Source: Auanema rhodensis
Taxonomy: Eukaryota; Animalia; Nematoda
Direction of reading: 5' to 3'
Assembly: GCA_964057225.1 (NCBI GenBank)
Contig: OZ059897.1
Span: 17,298,001 to 17,362,000 of the forward strand
Length of the DNA stretch: 64,000 bases
This document shows positions 40,592 to 53,579 of this stretch, piece after piece. Every line of letters begins with the position of its first letter. The stretch's first letter is position 1. Position numbers and translations under genes: made by a program. A model generated the notes under the pieces. The model worked only from the letters and a program-made list of their open reading frames with translations, was not told where the DNA came from and made no database searches.

Positions 40592-43500
40592 TGCACATCA
40601 CGTGTACATTTAATTAGCATAAATTAAAGTTCACGTAAATTTCAAAGTCATGGTTACCATGCACCAATATCAATGAAAATTTGGTTTTAGACTAATATGG
40701 ATATGGGGAATCTAATTTTGAAAACCGCATCTCTTTATCTTTCACGGGAAGCGAGTTTCATACCAAGTGCACATCACGTGTACATTTAATTAGCATAAAT
40801 TGAAGTTCACGTGAATTTCAAAGTCATGGTTACCATGCACCAATATGAATAAGAATTTGTTTTTAGACTAATATGAACATGGTGAATCTAATTTTGAAAA
40901 CCGCATCTCTTTATCTTTCACGGGGAGCGAGTTTCATACCAAGTGCACATCACGTGTACATTTAATTAGCATAAATTAAAGTTCACGTAAATTTCAAAGT
41001 CATGGTTACCATGCACCAATATCAATGAAAATTTGGTTTTAGACTAATATGGATATGGGGAATCTAATTTTGAAAACCGCATCTCTTTATCTTTCACGGG
41101 AAGCGAGTTTCATACCAAGTGCACATCACGTGTACATTTAATTAGCATAAATTGAAGTTCACGTGAATTTCAAAGTCATGGTTACCATGCACCAATATGA
41201 ATAAGAATTTGTTTTTAGACTAATATGAACATGGTGAATCTAATTTTGAAAACCGCATCTCTTTATCTTTCACGGGGAGCGAGTTTCATACCAAGTGCAC
41301 ATCACGTGTACATTTAATTAGCATAAATTAAAGTTCACGTAAATTTCAAAGTCATGGTTACCATGCACCAATATCAATAAAATATTGTTTTTAGACTAAT
41401 ATGGACTTGGGGAATCTAATTTTGAAAACCGCATCTCTTTATCTTTCACGGGAAGCGAGTTTCATACCAAGTGCACATCACGTGTACATTTAATTAGCAT
41501 AAATTGAAGTTCACGTGAATTTCAAAGTCATGGTTACCATGCACTAATATCAATGAAAATTTGGTTTTAAACTAATATGGATATGGGGAATCTAATTTTG
41601 AAAACCGCATCTCTTTATCTTTCACGTGAAGCGAGTTACATACCAAGTGCACATCACGTGTACATTTAATTAGCATAAATTGAAGTTCACGTGAATTTCA
41701 AAGTCATGGTTACCATGCACCAATATCAGTAAAAATTTGTTTTTAGACTAATGTGGACATGGGGAATCTAATTTTGAAAACCGCATCTCTTTATCTTTCA
41801 CGGGAAGCGAGATACATACCGAGTGCACATCGCGTGTACATTTAATTAGCATAAATTAAAGTTCACGTAAATTTCAAAGTCATGGTTGCCATGCACCAAT
41901 ATCAGTAAAAATTTGGTTTTAGACTAATATGGATATGGGGAATCTAATTTTGAAAACCGCATCTCTTTATCTTTCACGGGAAGCGAGTTTCATACCAAGT
42001 GCACATCACGTGTACATTTAATTAGCATAAATTAAAGTTCACGTAAATTTCAAAGTCATGGTTACCATTCACCAATATCAATAAAATATTGTTTTTAGAC
42101 TAATATGGACTTGGGGAATCTAATTTTGAAAACCGCATCTCTTTATCTTTCACGTGAAGCGAGTTACATACCAAGTGCACATCACGTGTACATTTAATTA
42201 GCATAAATTGAAGTTCACGTAAATATCAAAGTCATGGTTACCATGCACCAATATCAATAAAAATTTGTTTTTAGACTAATATGGACATGGGGAATCTAAT
42301 TTTGAAAACCGCATCTCTTTATCTTTCACGGGAAGCGAGTTTCATACCAAGTGCACATCGCGTGTACATTTAATTAGCATAAATTAAAGTTCACGTAAAT
42401 TTCAAAGTCATGGTTACCATGCACCAATATGAATAAGAATTTGTTTTTAGACTAATATGAACATGGTGAATCTAATTTTGAAAACCGCATCTCTTTATCT
42501 TTCACGGGGAGCGAGTTTCATACCAAGTGCACATCACGTGTACATTTAATTAGCATAAATTGAAGTTCACGTGAATTTCAAAGTCATGGTTACCATGCAC
42601 CAATATGAATAAGAATTTGTTTTTAGACTAATGTGGACATGGGGAATCTAATTTTGAAAACCGCATCTCTTTATCTTTCACGGGAAGCGAGTTTCATACC
42701 AAGTGCACATCACGTGTACATTTAATTAGCATAAATTGAAGTTCACGTAAATTTAAAATCATGGTTACCATGCACCAATATCAATAAAAATTTGTTTTTA
42801 GACTAATATGAACATGGTGAATCTAATTTTGAAAATCGCATCTCTTTATCTTTCACGGGGAGCGAGTTTCATACCAAGTGCACATCACGTGTACATTTAA
42901 TTAGCATAAATTAAAGTTCACGTAAATTTCAAAGTCATGGTTACCATGCACCAATATCAATGAAAATTTGGTTTTAGACTAATATGGATATGGGGAATCT
43001 AATTTTGAAAACCGCATCTCTTTATCTTTCACGGGAAGCGAGTTTCATACCAAGTGCACATCACGTGTACATTTAATTAGCATAAATTAAAGTTCACGTA
43101 AATTTCAAAGTCATGGTTACCATGCACCAATATCAATAAAATATTGTTTTTAGACTAATATGGACTTGGGGAATCTAATTTTGAAAACCGCATCTCTTTA
43201 TCTTTCACGGGAAGCGAGTTTCATACCAAGTGCACATCACGTGTACATTTAATTAGCATAAATTGAAGTTCACGTGAATTTCAAAGTCATGGTTACCATG
43301 CACTAATATCAATGAAAATTTGGTTTTAAACTAATATGGATATGGGGAATCTAATTTTGAAAACCGCATCTCTTTATCTTTCACGTGAAGCGAGTTACAT
43401 ACCAAGTGCACATCACGTGTACATTTAATTAGCATAAATTGAAGTTCACGTGAATTTCAAAGTCATGGTTACCATGCACCAATATCAGTAAAAATTTGTT

Positions 43501-46500
43501 TTTAGACTAATGTGGACATGGGGAATCTAATTTTGAAAACCGCATCTCTTTATCTTTCACGGGAAGCGAGATACATACCGAGTGCACATCGCGTGTACAT
43601 TTAATTAGCATAAATTAAAGTTCACGTAAATTTCAAAGTCATGGTTGCCATGCACCAATATCAGTAAAAATTTGGTTTTAGACTAATATGGATATGGGGA
43701 ATCTAATTTTGAAAACCGCATCTCTTTATCTTTCACGGGAAGCGAGTTTCATACCAAGTGCACATCACGTGTACATTTAATTAGCATAAATTAAAGTTCA
43801 CGTAAATTTCAAAGTCATGGTTACCATTCACCAATATCAATAAAATATTGTTTTTAGACTAATATGGACTTGGGGAATCTAATTTTGAAAACCGCATCTC
43901 TTTATCTTTCACGTGAAGCGAGTTACATACCAAGTGCACATCACGTGTACATTTAATTAGCATAAATTGAAGTTCACGTAAATATCAAAGTCATGGTTAC
44001 CATGCACCAATATCAATAAAAATTTGTTTTTAGACTAATATGGACATGGGGAATCTAATTTTGAAAACCGCATCTCTTTATCTTTCACGGGAAGCGAGTT
44101 TCATACCAAGTGCACATCGCGTGTACATTTAATTAGCATAAATTAAAGTTCACGTAAATTTCAAAGTCATAGTTACCATGCATCAATATCAATGAAAATT
44201 TGGTTTTAAACTAATATGGATATGGGGAATCTAATTTTGAAAACCGCATCTCTTTATCTTTCACGTGAAGCGAGTTACATACCAAGTGCACATCACGTGT
44301 ACATTTAATTAGCATAAATTGAAGTTCACGTGAATTTCAAAGTCATGGTTACCATGCACCAATATGAATAAGAATTTGTTTTTAGACTAATGTGGACATG
44401 GGGAATCTAATTTTGAAAACCGCATCTCTTTATCTTTCACGGGAAGCGAGTTTCATACCAAGTGCACATCACGTGTACATTTAATTAGCATAAATTGAAG
44501 TTCACGTAAATTTAAAATCATGGTTACCATGCACCAATATCAATGAAAATTTGTTTTTAGACTGATATGGACTTGAGGAATCTAATTTTGAAAACCGCAT
44601 CTCTTTATCTTTCACGGGAAGCGAGTTTCATACAAGTGCACATCACGTGTACATTTAATTAGCATAAATTAAAGTTCACGTAAATTTCGAAGTCATGGTT
44701 ACCATGCACTAATATCAATGAAAATTTGGTTTTAGACTAATATGGATATGGGGAATCAAATTTTGAAAACCGCATCTTTTCATCTTTCACGGGAAGCGAG
44801 TTTCATACAAGTGCACATCACGTGTACATTTAATTAGCATAAATTGAAGTTCACGTAAATTTCAAAGTCATGGTTACCATGCACCAATATGAATAAGAAT
44901 TTGTTTTTAGACTAATATGGACATGGGGAATCTAATTTTGAAAACCGCATCTCTTTATCTTTCACGAGAAGCGAGTTACATACCGAGTGCACATCACGTG
45001 TACATTTAATTAGCATAAATTAAAGTTCACGTAAATTTCAAAGTCATGGTTACCATGCACCAATATCAATGAAAATTTGTTTTTAGACTAATATGGACAT
45101 GGGGAATCTAATTTTAAAAACCGCATCTCTTTATCTTTCACGGGAAGCGAGTTTCATACCAAGTGCACATCACGTGTACATTTAATTAGCATAAATTAAA
45201 GTTCACGTAAATTTCAAAATCATGGTTGCCATGCACCAATATCAATAAAAATTTGTTTTCAGACTAATATGGACATGGGGAATCTAATTTTGAAAACCGC
45301 ATCTCTTCATCTTTCACGGGAAGCGAGTTACATACCAAGTACACATCACGTGTACATTTAATTAGCATAAATTAAAGTTCACGTAAATTTCAAAGTCATG
45401 GTTACCATGCACCAATATCAATAAAAAATTGTTTTTAGACTAAGATGGACATGGGGAATCTAATTTTGAAAACCGCATCTCTTTATCTTTCACGGGAAGC
45501 GAGTTACATACCAAGGGCACATCACGTGTACATTTAATTAGCATAAATTGAAGTTCACGTAAATTTCAAAGTCATGGTTACCATGCACCAATATCAATAA
45601 AAATTTGTTTTTAGACTAATATAGACATGGGGAATCTAATTTTGAAAATCGCATCTCTTTTTCTTTCACGGGAAGCGAGTTTCATACAAGTGCACATCAC
45701 GTGTACATTTAATTAGCATAAATTGAAGTTCACGTGAATTTCAAAGTCATGGTTACCATGCACCAATATGAATAAGAATTTGTTTTTAGACTAATGTGGA
45801 CATGGGGAATCTAATTTTGAAAACCGCATCTCTTTATCTTTCACAGGAAGCGAGATACATACCGAGTGCACATCGCGTGTACATTTAATTAGCATAAATT
45901 AAAGTTCACGTAAATTTCAAAGTCATGGTTGCCATGCACCAATATCAATAAAAATTTGGTTTTAGACTAATATGGATATGGGGAATCTAATTTTGAAAAC
46001 CGCATCTCTTTATCTTTCACGGGAAGCGAGTTTCATACCAAGTGCACATCACGTGTACATTTAATTAGCATAAATTAAAGTTCACGTAAATTTCAAAGTC
46101 ATGGTTACCATGCACCAATATCAATAAAAATTTGTTTTTAGACTAATATGGATATGGGGAATCTAATTTTGAAAACCGCATCTCTTTATCTTTCACGGGA
46201 AGCGAGTTTCATACAAGTGCACATCACTTGTACATTTAATTAGCATAAATTGAAGTTCACGTAAATTTCAAAGTCATGGTTACCATGCACCAATATGAAT
46301 AAGAATTTGTTTTTAGACTAATATGGACATGGGGAATCTAATTTTGAAAACCGCATCTCTTTATCTTTCACGGGAAGCGAGTTACATACCGAGTGCACAT
46401 CACGTGTACATTTAATTAGCATAAATTAAAGTTCACGTAAATTTCAAAGTCATGGTTACCATGCACCAATATCAATGAAAATTTGTTTTTAGACTAATAT

Positions 46501-49500
46501 GGACATGGGGAATCCAATTCTGAAAACCGCATCTCTTTATCTTTCACGGGAAGCGAGTTTCATACCAAGTGCACATCACGTGTACATTTAATTAGCATAA
46601 ATTGAAGTTCACGTGAATTTCAAAGTCATGGTTACCATGCACCAATATGAATAAGAATTTGTTTTTAGACTAATGTGGACATGGGGAATCTAATTTTGAA
46701 AACCGCATCTCTTTATCTTTCACAGGAAGCGAGATACATACCGAGTGCACATCGCGTGTACATTTAATTAGCATAAATTAAAGTTCACGTAAATTTCAAA
46801 GTCATGGTTACCATGCACCAATATGAATAAGAATTTGTTTTTAGACTAATGTGGACATGGGGAATCTAATTTTGAAAACCGCATCTCTTTATCTTTCACG
46901 GGAAGCGAGTTTCATACCAAGTGCACATCACGTGTACATTTAATTAGCATAAATTGAAGTTCACGTAAATTTAAAATCATGGTTACCATGCACCAATATC
47001 AATGAAAATTTGTTTTTAGACTGATATGGACTTGAGGAATCTAATTTTGAAAACCGCATCTCTTTATCTTTCACGGGAAGCGAGTTTCATACAAGTGCAC
47101 ATCACGTGTACATTTAATTAGCATAAATTAAAGTTCACGTAAATTTCGAAGTCATGGTTACCATGCACTAATATCAATGAAAATTTGGTTTTAGACTAAT
47201 ATGGATATGGGGAATCAAATTTTGAAAACCGCATCTTTTCATCTTTCACGGGAAGCGAGTTTCATACAAGTGCACATCACGTGTACATTTAATTAGCATA
47301 AATTGAAGTTCACGTAAATTTCAAAGTCATGGTTACCATGCACCAATATGAATAAGAATTTGTTTTTAGACTAATGTGGACATGGGGAATCTAATTTTGA
47401 AAACCGCATCTCTTTATCTTTCACAGGAAGCGAGATACATACCGAGTGCACATCGCGTGTACATTTAATTAGCATAAATTAAAGTTCACGTAAATTTCAA
47501 AGTCATGGTTGCCATGCACCAATATCAATAAAAATTTGGTTTTAGACTAATATGGATATGGGGAATCTAATTTTGAAAACCGCATCTCTTTATCTTTCAC
47601 GGGAAGCGAGTTTCATACCAAGTGCACATCACGTGTACATTTAATTAGCATAAATTAAAGTTCACGTAAATTTCAAAGTCATGGTTACCATGCACCAATA
47701 TCAATAAAAATTTGTTTTTAGACTAATATGGATATGGGGAATCTAATTTTGAAAACCGCATCTCTTTATCTTTCACGGGAAGCGAGTTTCATACAAGTGC
47801 ACATCACTTGTACATTTAATTAGCATAAATTGAAGTTCACGTAAATTTCAAAGTCATGGTTACCATGCACCAATATGAATAAGAATTTGTTTTTAGACTA
47901 ATATGGACATGGGGAATCTAATTTTGAAAACCGCATCTCTTTATCTTTCACGGGAAGCGAGTTACATACCGAGTGCACATCACGTGTACATTTAATTAGC
48001 ATAAATTAAAGTTCACGTAAATTTCAAAGTCATGGTTACCATGCACCAATATCAATGAAAATTTGTTTTTAGACTAATATGGACATGGGGAATCCAATTC
48101 TGAAAACCGCATCTCTTTATCTTTCACGGGAAGCGAGTTTCATACCAAGTGCACATCACGTGTACATTTAATTAGCATAAATTAAAGTTCACGTAAATTT
48201 CAAAATCATGGTTGCCATGCACCAATATCAATAAAAATTTGTTTTTAGACTAATATGAACATGGTGAATCTAATTTTGAAAACCGCATCTCTTTATCTTT
48301 CACGGGGAGCGAGTTTCATACCAAGTGCACATCACGTGTACATTTAATTAGCATAAATTAAAGTTCACGTAAATTTCAAAGTCATGGTTACCATGCACCA
48401 ATATCAATAAAATATTGTTTTTAGACTAATATGGACATGGGGAATCTAATTTTGAAAACCGCATCTCTTTATCTTTCACGGGAAGCGAGTTACATACCAA
48501 GGGCACATCACGTGTACATTTAATTAGCATAAATTGAAGTTCACGTAAATTTCAAAGTCATGGTTACCATGCACCAATATGAATAAGAATTTGTTTTTAG
48601 ACTAATATGGACATGGGGAATCTAATTTTGAAAACCGCATCTCTTTATCTTTCACGGGAAGCGAGTTACATACCGAGTGCACATCACGTGTACATTTAAT
48701 TAGCATAAATTAAAGTTCACGTAAATTTCAAAGTCATGGTTGCCATGCACCAATATCAATAAAAATTTGGTTTTAGACTAATATGGATATGGGGAATCTA
48801 ATTTTGAAAACCGCATCTCTTTATCTTTCACGGGAAGCGAGTTTCATACCAAGTGCACATCACGTGTACATTTAATTAGCATAAATTAAAGTTCACGTAA
48901 ATTTCAAAGTCATGGTTACCATGCACCAATATCAATAAAAATTTGTTTTTAGACTAATATGGATATGGGGAATCTAATTTTGAAAACCGCATCTCTTTAT
49001 CTTTCACGGGAAGCGAGTTTCATACAAGTGCACATCACTTGTACATTTAATTAGCATAAATTAAAGTTCACGTAAATTTCAAAATCATGGTTGCCATGCA
49101 CCAATATCAATAAAAATTTGTTTTCAGACTAATATGGACATGGGGAATCTAATTTTGAAAACCGCATCTCTTCATCTTTCACGGGAAGCGAGTTTCATAC
49201 CAAGTGCACATCACGTGTACATTTAATTAGCATAAATTAAAGTTCACGTAAATTTCAAAGTCATGGTTACCATGCACCAATATCAATAAAAATTTGTTTT
49301 TAGACTAATATGGATATGGGGAATCTAATTTTGAAAACCGCATCTCTTTATCTTTCACGGGAAGCGAGTTTCATACAAGTGCACATCACTTGTACATTTA
49401 ATTAGCATAAATTGAAGTTCACGTAAATTTCAAAGTCATGGTTACCATGCACCAATATGAATAAGAATTTGTTTTTAGACTAATATGGACATGGGGAATC

Positions 49501-52500
49501 TAATTTTGAAAACCGCATCTCTTTATCTTTCACGGGAAGCGAGTTACATACCGAGTGCACATCACGTGTACATTTAATTAGCATAAATTAAAGTTCACGT
49601 AAATTTCAAAGTCATGGTTACCATGCACCAATATCAATGAAAATTTGTTTTTAGACTAATATGGACATGGGGAATCCAATTCTGAAAACCGCATCTCTTT
49701 ATCTTTCACGGGAAGCGAGTTTCATACCAAGTGCACATCACGTGTACATTTAATTAGCATAAATTAAAGTTCACGTAAATTTCAAAATCATGGTTGCCAT
49801 GCACCAATATCAATAAAAATTTGTTTTTAGACTAATATGAACATGGTGAATCTAATTTTGAAAACCGCATCTCTTTATCTTTCACGGGGAGCGAGTTTCA
49901 TACCAAGTGCACATCACGTGTACATTTAATTAGCATAAATTAAAGTTCACGTAAATTTCAAAGTCATGGTTACCATGCACCAATATCAATAAAATATTGT
50001 TTTTAGACTAATATGGACATGGGGAATCTAATTTTGAAAACCGCATCTCTTTATCTTTCACGGGAAGCGAGTTACATACCAAGGGCACATCACGTGTACA
50101 TTTAATTAGCATAAATTGAAGTTCACGTAAATTTCAAAGTCATGGTTACCATGCACCAATATGAATAAGAATTTGTTTTTAGACTAATATGGACATGGGG
50201 AATCTAATTTTGAAAACCGCATCTCTTTATCTTTCACGGGAAGCGAGTTACATACCGAGTGCACATCACGTGTACATTTAATTAGCATAAATTAAAGTTC
50301 ACGTAAATTTCAAAGTCATGGTTACCATGCACCAATATCAATGAAAATTTGTTTTTAGACTAATATGGATATGGGGAATCTAATTTTGAAAACCGCATCT
50401 CTTTATCTTTCACGGGAAGCGAGTTTCATACCAAGTGCACATCACGTGTACATTTAATTAGCATAAATTAAAGTTCACGTAAATTTCAAAATCATGGTTG
50501 CCATGCACCAATATCAATAAAAATTTGTTTTCAGACTAATATGGACATGGGGAATCTAATTTTGAAAACCGCATCTCTTCATCTTTCACGGGAAGCGAGT
50601 TACATACCAAGTACACATCACGTGTACATTTAATTAGCATAAATTAAAGTTCACGTAAATTTCAAAGTCATGGTTACCATGCACCAATATCAATAAAAAA
50701 TTGTTTTTAGACTAAGATGGACATGGGGAATCTAATTTTGAAAACCGCATCTCTTTATCTTTCACGGGAAGCGAGTTACATACCAAGGGCACATCACGTG
50801 TACATTTAATTAGCATAAATTGAAGTTCACGTAAATTTCAAAGTCATGGTTACCATGCACCAATATCAATAAAAATTTGTTTTTAGACTAATATAGACAT
50901 GGGGAATCTAATTTTGAAAATCGCATCTCTTTTTCTTTCACGGGAAGCGAGTTTCATACAAGTGCACATCACGTGTACATTTAATTAGCATAAATTGAAG
51001 TTCACGTGAATTTCAAAGTCATGGTTACCATGCACCAATATGAATAAGAATTTGTTTTTAGACTAATGTGGACATGGGGAATCTAATTTTGAAAACCGCA
51101 TCTCTTTATCTTTCACAGGAAGCGAGATACATACCGAGTGCACATCGCGTGTACATTTAATTAGCATAAATTAAAGTTCACGTAAATTTCAAAGTCATGG
51201 TTGCCATGCACCAATATCAATAAAAATTTGGTTTTAGACTAATATGGATATGGGGAATCTAATTTTGAAAACCGCATCTCTTTATCTTTCACGGGAAGCG
51301 AGTTTCATACCAAGTGCACATCACGTGTACATTTAATTAGCATAAATTAAAGTTCACGTAAATTTCAAAGTCATGGTTACCATGCACCAATATCAATAAA
51401 AATTTGTTTTTAGACTAATATGGATATGGGGAATCTAATTTTGAAAACCGCATCTCTTTATCTTTCACGGGAAGCGAGTTTCATACAAGTGCACATCACT
51501 TGTACATTTAATTAGCATAAATTGAAGTTCACGTAAATTTCAAAGTCATGGTTACCATGCACCAATATGAATAAGAATTTGTTTTTAGACTAATATGGAC
51601 ATGGGGAATCTAATTTTGAAAACCGCATCTCTTTATCTTTCACGGGAAGCGAGTTACATACCGAGTGCACATCACGTGTACATTTAATTAGCATAAATTA
51701 AAGTTCACGTAAATTTCAAAGTCATGGTTACCATGCACCAATATCAATGAAAATTTGTTTTTAGACTAATATGGACATGGGGAATCCAATTCTGAAAACC
51801 GCATCTCTTTATCTTTCACGGGAAGCGAGTTACATACCGAGTGCACATCACGTGTACATTTAATTAGCATAAATTAAAGTTCACGTAAATTTCAAAGTCA
51901 TGGTTACCATGCACCAATATGAATAAGAATTTGTTTTTAGACTAATATGGACATGGGGAATCTAATTTTGAAAACCGCATCTCTTTATCTTTCACGGGAA
52001 GCGAGTTTCATACAAGTGCACATCACGTGTACATTTAATTAGCATAAATTGAAGTTCACGTAAATTTCAAAGTCATGGTTACCATGCACCAATATGAATA
52101 AGAATTTGTTTTTAGACTAATATGGACATGGGGAATCTAATTTTAAAAACCGCATCTCTTTATCTTTCACGGGAAGCGAGTTACATACCGAGTGCACATC
52201 ACGTGTACATTTAATTAGCATAAATTAAAGTTCACGTAAATTTCAAAGTCATGGTTACCATGCATCAATATCAATAAAATATTGTTTTTAGACTAATATG
52301 GACTTGGGGAATCTAATTTTGAAAACCGCATCTCTTTATCTTTCACGGGAAGCGAGTTTCATACCAAGTGCACATCACGTGTACATTTAATTAGCATAAA
52401 TTAAAGTTCACGTAAATTTCAAAATCATGGTTGCCATGCACCAATATCAATAAAAATTTGTTTTCAGACTAATATGGACATGGGGAATCTAATTTTGAAA

Positions 52501-53579
52501 ACCGTATCTCTTCATCTTTCACGGGAAGCGAGTTACATACCAAGAACACATCACGTGTACATTTAATTAGCATAAATTAAAGTTCACGTAAATTTCAAAG
52601 TCATGGTTACCATGCACCAATATCAATAAAAAATTGTTTTTAGACTAAGATGGACATGGGGAATCTAATTTTGAAAACCGCATCTCTTTATCTTTCACGG
52701 GAAGCGAGTTACATACCAAGGGCACATCACGTGTACATTTAATTAGCATAAATTGAAGTTCACGTAAATTTCAAAGTCATGGTTACCATGCACCAATATC
52801 AATAAAAATTTGTTTTTAGACTAATATAGACATGGGGAATCTAATTTTGAAAATCGCATCTCTTTATCTTTCACGGGAAGCGAGTTTCATACAAGTGCAC
52901 ATCACGTGTACATTTAATTAGCATAAATTGAAGTTCACGTGAATTTCAAAGTCATGGTTACCATGCACCAATATGAATAAGAATTTGTTTTTAGACTAAT
53001 GTGGACATGGGGAATCTAATTTTGAAAACCGCATCTCTTTATCTTTCACGGGAAGCGAGATACATACCGAGTGCACATCGCGTGTACATTTAATTAGCAT
53101 AAATTAAAGTTCACGTAAATTTCAAAGTCATGGTTGCCATGCACCAATATCAATAAAAATTTGGTTTTAGACTAATATGGATATGGGGAATCTAATTTTG
53201 AAAACCGCATCTCTTTATCTTTCACGGGAAGCGAGATACATACCGAGTGCACATCGCGTGTACATTTAATTAGCATAAATTAAAGTTCACGTAAATTTCA
53301 AAGTCATGGTTACCATGCACTAATATCAATGAAAATTTGATTTTAGACTAATATGGATATGGGGAATCTAATTTTGAAAACCGCATCTCTTTATCTTTCA
53401 CGTGAAGCGAGTTACATACCAAGTGCACATCACGTGTACATTTAATTAGCATAAATTAAAGTTCACGTAAATATCAAAGTCATGGTTACCATGCACCAAT
53501 ATCAATAAAAATTTGTTTTTAGACTAATATGGATATGGGGAATCTAATTTTGAAAACCGCATTTTTTCATCTTTCACGG

